Positions 55,119-64,000 of a stretch of 64,000 bases of DNA are shown here, piece by piece. Where the stretch lies: NCBI GenBank assembly GCA_937952415.1, contig CALFYT010000069.1, positions 439 to 64,438 on the forward strand, written 5' to 3'. The notes below the pieces were generated by a model. It searched no databases and was not told where the DNA came from. It saw only the letters and a program-made list of their open reading frames with translations. The position numbers and the translations under genes are program-made. Origin of the DNA: an uncultured Planctomycetaceae bacterium. GTDB lineage: Bacteria > Planctomycetota > Planctomycetia > Pirellulales > PALSA-1355. Numbering within the stretch: position 1 is the stretch's first letter; each line of letters opens with the position of its first letter.

Positions 55119-55482
55119 CCGTTGGCGCGGCTTGCTTTCGCTTTGGCGCGCGACGAGCCTCGATGGCGGCCGCTTGTTCTTCTTCGGAGAACAACTCGAA
55201 GCAGACGCGATAGGCGCGATGACCATCGGCCAGTTGGTCGGCATAGAGCGTCGCCAATTCATCTCGCAAGGCTTCCGCTGTCTCGAATCCGTCGGGCACC
55301 GCGTCGTCGTCGGTCAGCGCGCTCAACTCCATCGCTTCGACCGACTTGATCCGAATGTAACCGGCGCCGGGAATGTAGCTCCGCTGGCCGGCGCGCATCC
55401 GACAGTGACGCCACAGGCGAATTGTCTGCGACTTCTCGTGGGCTCGAATCGCCGGCAGGAACTTCTTTTTGAACAACAGCAC
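55108..55482 (-). CDS. ASCH-domain protein
   Basis: 124-aa ORF. MLLFKKKFLPAIRAHEKSQTIRLW..G...YI is a typical ASCH (PUA-like) N-terminal beta-strand pattern. Confidence 0.7.
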   Translation of the reverse strand: MLLFKKKFLPAIRAHEKSQTIRLWRHCRMRAGQRSYIPGAGYIRIKSVEAMELSALTDDDAVPDGFETAEALRDELATLYADQLADGHRAYRVCFELFSEEEQAAAIEARRAPKRKQAAPTATG

Positions 55483-55519
55483 GCCGTACCCGCTACTTTC
55501 GAGATGGTTGCGTTGTGTC

Positions 55520-57529
55520 CTAATTACCGGCCTTTTCTTCCGGTGGTTTCTCCGTTTCCGCTCGATCCAACCACGCGCTCAGCCCGACCGCCAGTTGCGG
55601 CACGGCGCCGGGACGCTCTTCGAGGACTGGCGCCGCCGACCTGAGACATCGCTTGGCACGCTCCACATACTCGGGCCGGTCGAGTGCGTCGGCCAGGTAG
55701 AGCAGGTTGGAGACCGACACCGAGTTGCCGGACGGCGTCACACCGTCGACCGGCAGCTTGCTGCGGGCGATCAACTGCTCGTGTTCCTCCGACGAGTAGA
55801 AAAAGCCGCCGACGCCCTCGTCCCAGAAGCGCTCGATTTGGTCACCCGTGAGCTCGTCGGCCGCATCGAGCCATCGCTGATCCGCCGTAGCGACGTGCAG
55901 GGCGATCAACCCGTCGATCAGGTACGCATAGTCGTCGAGATATCCCAGAATTCTTGCCTGGCCGCCGGCGTGGGAACGCATCAACCGGCCTTGGTCGTCG
56001 CGCATCTTGGTCAAGACAAAGTCCGCCGCGCGGGCCGCCGCCTCGGTGTATCCATCGTTGTCGAGAATCCGGCCCGCGTCGGCCAGCCCGCGAATCATCA
56101 GACCGTTCCAACCGGCAAGGATCTTGATGTCGGTCAGAGGTCGCTGCCTCTGGTTGCGCTTGGCCAGCAGCTTGCCGCGCGCCGATTCGAGCGATGCAAG
56201 CAATTCGGCTTCGTCCAACTTGCGCTCGGCGGCAACATCAGCCACGGGCTTCGACAGCAGCGGAATGTAGTGCTCCTCGAAGTTCGGCTCGCCTGAAAGT
56301 CCGTAGACGCTTGCGAAAAGCTCATACTCGTCCGCCGCCAGGGCCGCTTGCACTTCGTCACGCTGCCACACGTAGAACCGACCTTCCTCGGCTTCGGTTT
56401 CCGCATCAATCGCGGCATAGAACCCGCCCTCGCCGTCGGTCATCTCGCGCAGAACAAATGCAATCGCCTCATCGACGACCCGCCGAAATGCTTCCTGCCC
56501 GGCCATCTCATACGCCCGCGCGAAGACCGAGACGAGCTGCCCGTTGTCGTAGAGCATCTTCTCGAAGTGCGGAACGCGCCAGAAGCGATCGGTGCTATAG
56601 CGGTGGAATCCGCCGCCTACGTGGTCGCGGATTCCGCCTTGCGCGATGCGCTCGAGCGTGTGGGTCAGCATCTTGGCTGCCGTTTTGCTGCCGCGCTCCG
56701 CTTGATCCAGCAGGAAGAAGAGATTTGGCGGCTCGGGGAACTTGGCTTGCCGCGGGTTTTCCGGATCGAAGCCGAAGCCGCCATGCTCTGGATCGTAGCG
56801 CGTTGCCAGTGCCCGCAACACGCGTTGCGCCATGGGCCGACCGAGCTTGGGCACAGTCAGGATTGGTTGCTGCTTGAGCGACTCGGCGACGTAATCGGCC
56901 AGCGAGTCGCCTGTCTTCTGCCACTTTTCGGGATCGGCCGACCACGTTTCCTGCACGCGGTTCAACACGGTCAAGAAGCCAATTTGCCCGTCGCGGTCAC
57001 GAGGAGGAAAATACGTGCCGCCCATCAGGGGCTTGGCATCCGGCGTCAGGAACATCGACAAGGGCCACCCGCCGCCTTGCTTCGATCCGACCAGTTGCAG
57101 GTAGATGTGTAGCGCGTGCATGTAGACGTCGTCGATGTCAGGCCGCTCTTCGCGGTCGACCTTGATGCACACGAAATGCTTGTTCATCAGCGCCGCGATC
57201 TCGTCGTCCATGAACGACTCGCGTTCCATCACGTGGCACCAGTAGCAACTTGAGTAGCCGATCGAAAGAAAGATCAGCTTCTTCTCCTCTCGGGCCTTCG
57301 TCAGGGCCTCGTCGCCCCACGGATACCAGTCGACCGGATTGTGCGCGTGTAGAAGCAGGTAGGGGCTGGTCTCTTTCGCCAGCCGGTTGGTGTGCTGCGG
57401 GGGTTGATCGCCGGGCGCATCGGGCCTTGTCGATGGCGGGTCCGCGCCCAGCACGCAGGAAACAAGGACCGAGGACACCGCGGCGGACCAGCATGACCGG
57501 CGACCGAGACTCAAGAAAACTCTACCCAT
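55520..57529 (-). CDS. Thioredoxin-domain protein, DUF255/YyaL family (thioredoxin fold plus six-hairpin alpha/alpha barrel)
   Basis: ORF 55520..57841. The ATG at 57529 gives a signal peptide ([29 protein letters not shown]). [50 protein letters not shown] is the DUF255 signature. Confidence 0.88.
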   Translation of the reverse strand: MGRVFLSLGRRSCWSAAVSSVLVSCVLGADPPSTRPDAPGDQPPQHTNRLAKETSPYLLLHAHNPVDWYPWGDEALTKAREEKKLIFLSIGYSSCYWCHVMERESFMDDEIAALMNKHFVCIKVDREERPDIDDVYMHALHIYLQLVGSKQGGGWPLSMFLTPDAKPLMGGTYFPPRDRDGQIGFLTVLNRVQETWSADPEKWQKTGDSLADYVAESLKQQPILTVPKLGRPMAQRVLRALATRYDPEHGGFGFDPENPRQAKFPEPPNLFFLLDQAERGSKTAAKMLTHTLERIAQGGIRDHVGGGFHRYSTDRFWRVPHFEKMLYDNGQLVSVFARAYEMAGQEAFRRVVDEAIAFVLREMTDGEGGFYAAIDAETEAEEGRFYVWQRDEVQAALAADEYELFASVYGLSGEPNFEEHYIPLLSKPVADVAAERKLDEAELLASLESARGKLLAKRNQRQRPLTDIKILAGWNGLMIRGLADAGRILDNDGYTEAAARAADFVLTKMRDDQGRLMRSHAGGQARILGYLDDYAYLIDGLIALHVATADQRWLDAADELTGDQIERFWDEGVGGFFYSSEEHEQLIARSKLPVDGVTPSGNSVSVSNLLYLADALDRPEYVERAKRCLRSAAPVLEERPGAVPQLAVGLSAWLDRAETEKPPEEKAGN

Positions 57530-57674
57530 TCGATTGCTCCGCGTAGCTATAGCGCAACGACCGACGTGACTGTTCGGTCTGTCTGCATTGTCGCACGTTC
57601 TCGGGCCGCGGCAAACACGCGCAGGCTGCCGTGCGGATGGGACGTGCGCGGGGCTTGACGAGAAGTCCGCGAAG

Positions 57675-58136
57675 CTACTCGTTCGGCTCGACGGTTTCAT
57701 CGTCGCTGGGAAATAGCGGGGCGTCGGGCGTCTTGCCCAGTTCGTGCTTCCCGTTGCCGTTCCCGTTGTCCGACGAGTGCGGATCGCCGGCTTCCACGCG
57801 GGGCGCTTCCCAGGTAGACGATCGTCCGGGCCGCGATTCATTGAGCAAATACTCGGCGCGGAAGGTCACCGGACCGACTGTGAAGGAATCACCCGGTTTG
57901 ACGGGGATCGCGTCTTCGGTGATGCGCGCGTCGCCGACAAACGTGCCATTGAGCGAGCCAAGATCGCGGACCATGAGCAGGCCTTCGGCTTCGAAGACCT
58001 CGCAGTGTTGCCGGCTTACTAGAGGATGGCCGAGGCGGACGTCCGTACTGCGACTGCGGCCGATGATTGCGGGCAGTTCCAGTTCGTATTGACGTGCTTG
58101 CGCATCGCCTTGAACGACGACGAGTTTTGCTTCCAC
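57675..58136 (-). CDS. FHA-domain protein with an acidic C-terminal tail
   Basis: ORF 57675..58256 starts with TTG. An in-frame GTG at 58136 follows a GGAG and gives [61 protein letters not shown] (FHA core GR..S..H..NGT). Confidence 0.82.
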   Translation of the reverse strand: MEAKLVVVQGDAQARQYELELPAIIGRSRSTDVRLGHPLVSRQHCEVFEAEGLLMVRDLGSLNGTFVGDARITEDAIPVKPGDSFTVGPVTFRAEYLLNESRPGRSSTWEAPRVEAGDPHSSDNGNGNGKHELGKTPDAPLFPSDDETVEPNE

Positions 58137-58555
58137 GTGCCACTCCGATCGCGGCCCTGCTCCACGGCCACGGCTGGGGAAGGCCCCCCGAATTTGAGCC
58201 TGCGCATCAATCCTCAAGTATAGCTGGAAAAAAACGGCGCTGCCAGCGCGCGACAAACCCTGGAGAATTCGCTCGCTGGAGTTCCGTTAGACCGCGCGTC
58301 GCGAGAATCACGTTATCCCGGGTCGCCTGTTCGCATCGGCGCGAGGTATCTAGAATAGTGCAGCGGCAGCCGGACGTCGGCCGCGCTGTCGCACAGTTGG
58401 CAGCGCCAACCGATCGAGTCGCGGCCCGAGCGCGTCGCTCTCGAACGATCGAACTTACTGGTCGTCGACGACAGGCCGCACCATCCGCGTGCGTGGCAGC
58501 ACTCGCCGTTTGAAGTCCTGCTCGATACCGACGATCCGGCCGCGGGGTCGCGTTG

Positions 58556-59653
58556 ATGCGGAAAATCATGCACGTCATTCCGACACTCGATCGCTCGGGT
58601 GCGGAAAAGCAATTGGTATTGCTGGCCAAACACCTGCCGCGTGACGAGTTCGACGTGTCGGTTTGCGTGTTGACGCGCGGAGGCCCACTGGCAGCGGAAC
58701 TGGACGATGCCGACATCCCCACGACGTTCATCGGGAAGCAACTGAAGTTCGATCCGATGGCCTGGTGGCGCCTTCGACGACACATTGCCCGATCGCGTCC
58801 CGATCTGGTCCAGACCTGGTTGTTCGCGGCCAACGCATACGGGCGCACAGCCGCGACGTCCGCCGGGGTTCGGTGCGTCGTCGCCAGCGAGCGGTGCGCC
58901 GACCATTGGAAGGCGGGGCACGAGTTGATCCTGGATCGACTTTTGGCCCGACGCACCGCCGCGATCATCGTCAACAGCCGGGGCGTGTTCGACTTTTATC
59001 GCGAGCAGGGCATCGCTGCCGACAAATTGCGGTTGATTCACAACGCCGTCGAACCGGTGCCCGCCAGCGCGACATCGCGCGAGCAATTGTTGGCCGAATT
59101 GAACCTGCCGTGCGGCACCCGGCTCATCGCGGCCATCGGGCGACTATGGCCGCAGAAGCGGCTCAAGGATCTGATTTGGGCCACCGACCTGTTGCAGGTC
59201 ATCCGCGACGATGCCCACCTGCTGGTGATCGGCGACGGTCCGCAGCGCGAATCGCTGGGCCGTTACGCGCGGCAATGTCACGTGGCACGCCGCGTCCACT
59301 TCTTGGGTGTTCGCCACGACGTACCAAGAATCTTGCCGCACGTCGACGTTTTGTGGCTGGCCAGCAGCTACGAAGGCTTGCCCAACGTGGTGATGGAGGC
59401 CATGGCGGCCGGCGTGCCCGTCGTGTGCTCGGACATACCAGGCAATCGCGAACTGGTCGAACACGGCACCACCGGGTTTCTGGTCCCCGTCGGCGACCGG
59501 GCCGGATTCGCGCGGTATGCCCACAAGGTTTTCGACGATTCGGAGTTGCAAGCCCGGCTCGGGAACGCCGGAAAGGCGCGCATCCTGGCTGATTTCTCCG
59601 TCGATGCCATGGTCGAAGCGCACGCGGCGCTGTACCGTGAACTATTGAGCTAA
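58556..59653 (+). CDS. Glycosyltransferase family 4 (GT-B, group 1)
   Basis: ORF 58553..59653 (TTG), with ATG at 58556. MRKIMHVIPTLDRSGAEKQLVLLAK.. C-terminal EX7E-type region SYEGLPNVVMEAMAAGVPVVCSDIPGNRELV. Confidence 0.88.
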   Translation: MRKIMHVIPTLDRSGAEKQLVLLAKHLPRDEFDVSVCVLTRGGPLAAELDDADIPTTFIGKQLKFDPMAWWRLRRHIARSRPDLVQTWLFAANAYGRTAATSAGVRCVVASERCADHWKAGHELILDRLLARRTAAIIVNSRGVFDFYREQGIAADKLRLIHNAVEPVPASATSREQLLAELNLPCGTRLIAAIGRLWPQKRLKDLIWATDLLQVIRDDAHLLVIGDGPQRESLGRYARQCHVARRVHFLGVRHDVPRILPHVDVLWLASSYEGLPNVVMEAMAAGVPVVCSDIPGNRELVEHGTTGFLVPVGDRAGFARYAHKVFDDSELQARLGNAGKARILADFSVDAMVEAHAALYRELLS

Positions 59654-59777
59654 GAAATCGTCTGGCGTTGACGTCTCGGCGATGCCGTCGTTCACCGCCG
59701 AGGCCGCGACACGTTGGACGCGTTGCGTTCGAGTCTTGATCTCCGTCAACATCTGTGCACTAGTGCGTGCTGCCGTC

Positions 59778-61736
59778 ATGTGTGGAATCGCTGGAGCCAT
59801 CTGGAGCGATCAGTCCGCCGCGCTGGCACCTGAAGTGCTACAGCGGATGACCGACGTGCTGCGGCACCGGGGACCGGACGACGCGGGCAGCTACTCCAGC
59901 GGATACCGCGTGCGAGACGGCTACGGTGCCGTTCCGGGCGTCGCATTGGGGCATCGGCGGCTGGCCATCATCGACGTGGCCGGTGGGCATCAGCCGCTGT
60001 CGAACGAAGACGGCTCGATCTGGATCACGTTCAACGGCGAAATCTACAACCATCGCGAATTGCGAAAGCGGTTGGAAGGCTCCGGCCATCAGTTCCGCAC
60101 GCACTGCGATACCGAGGCGATCGTCCACCTTTACGAAGACGAGGGGATCGGTTTCCTCGAACACCTCAATGGAATGTTCGCGCTGGCCATTTGGGATAGT
60201 CGGGCCCGTCGGTTGGTTGTGGCCCGCGACCGGTTGGGTGAGAAGCCATTGTATTACCGTGTTGAGCGCCACCGGCTGTTGTTTGCCAGCGAGCTGAAAA
60301 GCCTGCTGCAAGTGCCAGGCATGGTCCGCGAGTTGGATCCCCAAGCGCTCGATGCGTATCTGGCGTATCAGTACGTCCCGCATCCAGACACGATCCTGCG
60401 AGGATTCTCGAAGCTGCCGCCGGCTCATTACGGAGTGTACGAAGATGGTCGCTGGACGACCGGCCGCTACTGGAATCCAGACTTCAATCTAGAGCAAAAG
60501 CAGTCGTTGGACGATTACGCGGAGCAATTGCGCGAACTGATGTCGTCGGCCGTGCGGTTGCGGATGGAGTCCGACGTGCCGCTGGGTGCCTTTCTTTCCG
60601 GGGGTGTCGATTCGGCATTGATCGTCGGCCTGATGCAGGAAACGATCGGCCGGCGCGTCAAGACGTTCACGATCGGCTTCGAGGCGAAGGAGTACGACGA
60701 GACGGCCGCCGCGCGGGAGACGGCTCAGCGTCTGGAAACCGACCATCACGAGTTTCGCGTCGAGCCGCAATGCACCGACGTGCTCGAGCAGTTGGTGTGG
60801 CACTACGACGAGCCATTCGCCGACAGCTCGGCCATACCCACGTACTACGTTTCGCGGCTGACACGACAGCACGTGACCGTCGCGCTGACCGGCGATGGCG
60901 GCGACGAGCTATTTGCCGGCTACCTGCGATATCGGGCGGTCCGGCTTGCTTCGTGGTTTGACCACACACCTGTTTGGGCTCGGGCGAAGTTGGCCAGTCG
61001 GCTAGGACGCGCGCTGGTCCGCCGACAGCGCCAGCGATCCGTTCTGCGGCGCGCCGGCCGGTTTGCCGAAGCGATGGCCTATGGTCCCCAGCGCCGGTAC
61101 ATGGAGTGGATGTCAATGTTCAACGAGGCGCGCCGCGCCGACTTGTACACCGATTCATTCCTCGCCGAGCTACCCGGCGCCGATCCGTTCGACTTCCTGT
61201 CGCGGGCGTTTGCTCGTTCGCGTGCGCGCGACGCCGTGACGTCTGCCAGCCTGACCGACCTGACGACGTACCTCCCGTGCGACCTGATGACCAAGGTCGA
61301 CATCGCCTCGATGGCCAACAGCCTCGAATGCCGTGCGCCTTTTCTCGATCATCGCGTGGTCGAGTTGGCCGCTAAGATGCCGATTGAGTGCAAGCTCCGC
61401 CGCGGAAGTGGAAAACGCGTCTTGCAGCGCGCATTCGGCCCGCTATTGCCCAAGTCGCTGATGCGGAGGCCGAAGAAGGGCTTCGGTGTGCCCTTGGAGC
61501 ACTGGTTTCGCGACGACCTGCGTGACTACACACGTCAGGTGTTGCTCGACCGCACAGCGACCGAGCGGGGAATCTTTAACCCCGCCGCGGTCCAGCGACT
61601 GCTCGAGGAACATCAAGCCGGCACCTTCGATCATTCGTACCGGCTGTGGGGATTGTTGTTCTTCGAGTTGTGGCATCGTCAATGGCTCGATCGCCAATCG
61701 GCGCCGGCAGCCGCGGCGACCCCGGCCGTGGCGTGA
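59778..61736 (+). CDS. asnB: Asparagine synthase (glutamine-hydrolysing)
   Basis: Within ORF 59682..61736. The ATG at 59778 gives MCGIAG (Ntn Cys2 nucleophile). HRGPDD, HRRLAIID, NGEIYN, and the PP-loop FLSGGVDSALIVGL. Confidence 0.92.
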   Translation: MCGIAGAIWSDQSAALAPEVLQRMTDVLRHRGPDDAGSYSSGYRVRDGYGAVPGVALGHRRLAIIDVAGGHQPLSNEDGSIWITFNGEIYNHRELRKRLEGSGHQFRTHCDTEAIVHLYEDEGIGFLEHLNGMFALAIWDSRARRLVVARDRLGEKPLYYRVERHRLLFASELKSLLQVPGMVRELDPQALDAYLAYQYVPHPDTILRGFSKLPPAHYGVYEDGRWTTGRYWNPDFNLEQKQSLDDYAEQLRELMSSAVRLRMESDVPLGAFLSGGVDSALIVGLMQETIGRRVKTFTIGFEAKEYDETAAARETAQRLETDHHEFRVEPQCTDVLEQLVWHYDEPFADSSAIPTYYVSRLTRQHVTVALTGDGGDELFAGYLRYRAVRLASWFDHTPVWARAKLASRLGRALVRRQRQRSVLRRAGRFAEAMAYGPQRRYMEWMSMFNEARRADLYTDSFLAELPGADPFDFLSRAFARSRARDAVTSASLTDLTTYLPCDLMTKVDIASMANSLECRAPFLDHRVVELAAKMPIECKLRRGSGKRVLQRAFGPLLPKSLMRRPKKGFGVPLEHWFRDDLRDYTRQVLLDRTATERGIFNPAAVQRLLEEHQAGTFDHSYRLWGLLFFELWHRQWLDRQSAPAAAATPAVA

Positions 61737-61842
61737 GAACGCGGGCGGCTGTCTTCCGGGGCCCTTTAGCTCGTTCTGCCCAAGGGCTAAGATGCAGGGG
61801 CTGATGGACCGTCCACGGGTTAAGACTTCGGAGAGTATTGGC

Positions 61843-63099
61843 ATGGATAGTGTATTGGCAGTGGTTTTGGCTGGCGGCAAAGGAGAACGACTGGAGCCGC
61901 TAACGCGCGATCGTGCCAAGCCGGCCGTACCGTTCGGCGGTGCCTACCGCATCATCGATTTCACGCTGTCGAATTGTCTCAACAGCGGGTTGCGCAAGAT
62001 GCTGGTGCTCACGCAATACAAAGCGATGAGTCTGGACCGGCATATCAACCTGGGCTGGCGCCGTCTGTTGTGCCGCGAGTTGGACGAGTTCATCGACGTT
62101 GTGCCGCCGCAACAGCGCATTGACGAACACTGGTACCAGGGCACGGCCGACGCGGTTTACCAGAACATCTACACGCTGGAAAAGGAACGGCCCGACTACG
62201 TCGTCATCCTGGCCGGCGATCACATCTACAAGATGGATTACGGCAATCTTGTGCGCTATCACAAGGAAGCTGGCGCGGATCTCACGGTGGGGGCCTTGCC
62301 CGTGTCAGCCGACCAATCGCGGCACTTCGGCGTGATCGAGGTCGACACCGAACAACGCATCGTCGGTTTCCAGGAAAAGCCGGAAGTCGGCAAGACGATC
62401 CCCGGCGACGACGCGCATATTCTGGCCTCGATGGGAATTTATGTTTTCACGGCCCGATTCCTGTTCGAGCAACTCTGTCTCGACGCGACGCGGCCGGGCA
62501 GCCGGCACGACTTTGGCCACAATATCATTCCGGCGGTGATCGACACGCACAGCGTCTACGCGTATCCATTTCGAGACGAGAACCGAAAGCGCGACGCCTA
62601 CTGGCGCGACGTCGGCACGCTCGACGCTTACTTCGACGCCAACATGGATTTGATCTCGATCGACCCGCAATTGAACATGTACGACGAGCATTGGCCGATC
62701 CGCACGTATTTACCCAACTATCCGCCGCCCAAGTCCGTATTCGCCGGCGCGGGCGAGAACGCGCGCCGTGGCCAGGCGCTGGACAGCATCGTCTGCCAGG
62801 GCTCGATCATCTCTGGCGGTACGGTCGAACGCTCAGTATTGGGCAACAATACGCGCGTCAACAGCTTCGCGCACGTCGAGGATTCGATCTTGCTGGATCA
62901 CGTCGACATCGGGCGGCATTCGCGCGTGCGCCGCGCGATTATCGATAAGGGCGTGCACATCCCACCCGGTACGGAAATCGGGTTTGATCCTGAACACGAT
63001 CGGGCACGCGGATTCACCGTCAGCGAGGGAGGCGTCGTCGTGATTGCCAAGGCCGACGGCGTCGACCACTTCGTGGAAGCGCAAGTCGCGCACGGCTAG
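61843..63099 (+). CDS. glgC: Glucose-1-phosphate adenylyltransferase
   Basis: Within ORF 61486..63099. The ATG at 61843 gives MDSVLAVVLAGGKGERLEPLTRDRAKPAVPFGGAYRIIDFTLSNCLNSG. WYQGTADAV, ILAGDHIYKMDY, ASMGIYVF, and a C-terminal left-handed beta-helix. Confidence 0.93.
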   Translation: MDSVLAVVLAGGKGERLEPLTRDRAKPAVPFGGAYRIIDFTLSNCLNSGLRKMLVLTQYKAMSLDRHINLGWRRLLCRELDEFIDVVPPQQRIDEHWYQGTADAVYQNIYTLEKERPDYVVILAGDHIYKMDYGNLVRYHKEAGADLTVGALPVSADQSRHFGVIEVDTEQRIVGFQEKPEVGKTIPGDDAHILASMGIYVFTARFLFEQLCLDATRPGSRHDFGHNIIPAVIDTHSVYAYPFRDENRKRDAYWRDVGTLDAYFDANMDLISIDPQLNMYDEHWPIRTYLPNYPPPKSVFAGAGENARRGQALDSIVCQGSIISGGTVERSVLGNNTRVNSFAHVEDSILLDHVDIGRHSRVRRAIIDKGVHIPPGTEIGFDPEHDRARGFTVSEGGVVVIAKADGVDHFVEAQVAHG

Positions 63100-63156
63100 T
63101 TGCGCAGTGAGCCAACTTCGTAGAGAGTTTACTCCGCGACCGGGGAACCAGCCGCG

Positions 63157-64000
63157 ATGTCTACCATTCGATTCGGGCTCGTTGGATATGGCGCGTGGGG
63201 CAGCCATCACGCTCGCGCAATCACCAGCGCGCCCGGGGCCACGCTCGCGGCCATTTGCAGTCGCACGGAAGCCAGCCGACAGCGCGCCGGCCAGGAGTAT
63301 CCGCAAGCCACGCTCTACGACGACTACCGGGCAATGCTGGCCAGCGAACAGCTCGACGCGGTCGACGTCGTCGTGCCGTCGGACCTGCACTATGAAGTGG
63401 CTTCGGCGGTGCTCGAGTCGGGCCGCCACGTGCTGCTAGAGAAGCCGATGGCGCTTTGCGAAGAGGACTGCACGCGCCTGGTCGACCTGGCAGAGCAGCG
63501 AGGCCTGATTCTGGCAGTAGGACACGAGCTGCGGCTTTCGTCGCTGTGGGGCAAGGTTAAAGACTTAATTGACGCGGGTTCGATCGGTCAGCCGCTGTAC
63601 GCGCTAATCGAACTTTGGCGGCGGCCTTATCGCCTGGGCTCGGCGGGGTGGCGGTACGAGATCGATCGCGTGGGCGATTGGATTCTGGAGGAGCCGATCC
63701 ATTTCTTCGATCTTGCCCGCTGGTACTTCTCCGAGTTGGGCGAACCCGAGACGGTGTACGCGCAGGCCAGCGCCATTCGATCGGACCATCCGGAGCTGCA
63801 CGACAACTTCTCGGCAATGGTCACGTTTCCGAAGGGAGCGTACGCGGTCGTATCTCAGACCCTGGCCGGTTGGGAACATCATCAAACCGTCAAGCTCACC
63901 GGCACCGAAGGCGCGCTATTGGCCCGGTGGAGCGGCGCGATGGATCGCACGTTCGAGCCGACATTCTCTTTGCAGATGCGCCGCGGCGAAGATGTCGAGG
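63157..64000 (+). CDS. Gfo/Idh/MocA-family oxidoreductase (partial, continues past right edge)
   Basis: Absent from the ORF track because it has no stop in the window. Manual translation from the ATG at 63157: MSTIRFGLVGYGAWGSHHARAI (Rossmann GxGxxG) ..VVVPSDLHYEVASAVLESGRHVLLEKPMA (EKP motif). The frame is open to nt 64000. Confidence 0.85.
   Translation, partial: MSTIRFGLVGYGAWGSHHARAITSAPGATLAAICSRTEASRQRAGQEYPQATLYDDYRAMLASEQLDAVDVVVPSDLHYEVASAVLESGRHVLLEKPMALCEEDCTRLVDLAEQRGLILAVGHELRLSSLWGKVKDLIDAGSIGQPLYALIELWRRPYRLGSAGWRYEIDRVGDWILEEPIHFFDLARWYFSELGEPETVYAQASAIRSDHPELHDNFSAMVTFPKGAYAVVSQTLAGWEHHQTVKLTGTEGALLARWSGAMDRTFEPTFSLQMRRGEDVE

Noticed and set aside
1-64000. Looked for mobile elements, prophage genes, integrases, toxin-antitoxin pairs and known defence-system genes.
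   Set aside because: I recognised no transposase, integrase, phage structural, nuclease/helicase defence or TA signatures. Composition appears uniformly high-GC apart from short intergenic AT-rich patches.

Overview
The window is high-GC and densely coded, and it reads as chromosomal sequence from a Planctomycetota-type genome. The taxonomic call is inference from gene content: PSCyt1/PSCyt2-PSD1 (DUF1549/DUF1553) proteins, DUF1080 proteins, a PEP-CTERM protein, an LEQRRVLS-type N-terminus on a surface protein, and many lipobox and signal-peptide proteins.

I support 52 protein-coding genes, two of them running off the window edges. I found no rRNA, tRNA, CRISPR array, transposase or integrase.

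The ORF track counts TTG, GTG and ATG as starts and reports the longest ORF. Many true starts are therefore internal; I re-derived them from signal peptides, family N-termini, ribosome-binding sites and gene spacing. Most long ORFs lying antisense to recognisable genes are high-GC artefacts.

Housekeeping content:
- Amino acid and one-carbon metabolism: hisI-hisG, folD, a sulfite reductase hemoprotein and asnB.
- Carbohydrate and envelope: glgC, a GT9 heptosyltransferase with DUF4254, and a GT4 glycosyltransferase.
- RNA modification: a ygiQ/methyltransferase/TrmH-family operon.
- Other enzymes: RidA, a P450 and a TPP-dependent decarboxylase.
- Regulation and transport: an OmpR-type two-component pair and an ABC-2 transporter.

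Most interesting observations:
1. At 2.4-10.1 kb, an envelope module has three HlyD-type adaptor paralogues. One is fused to an intact M50 site-2 protease and one to tandem GAF domains. A TolC-family lipoprotein gene diverges from them, and no ABC, RND or MFS pump is present.
2. The anti-sigma partner of an ECF sigma factor has a predicted periplasmic domain with two CXXCH heme-c motifs. It sits in a redox-protein-rich neighbourhood.
3. A thioredoxin domain is fused to a trypsin-like protease.
4. The radical-SAM gene ygiQ, of unknown function, is translationally coupled to two RNA methyltransferase genes.
5. An unusual AT-rich intergenic element at 51.27-51.51 kb has several hairpins and a direct repeat.

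All functional calls rest on motif and family recognition by eye. No database search was run.
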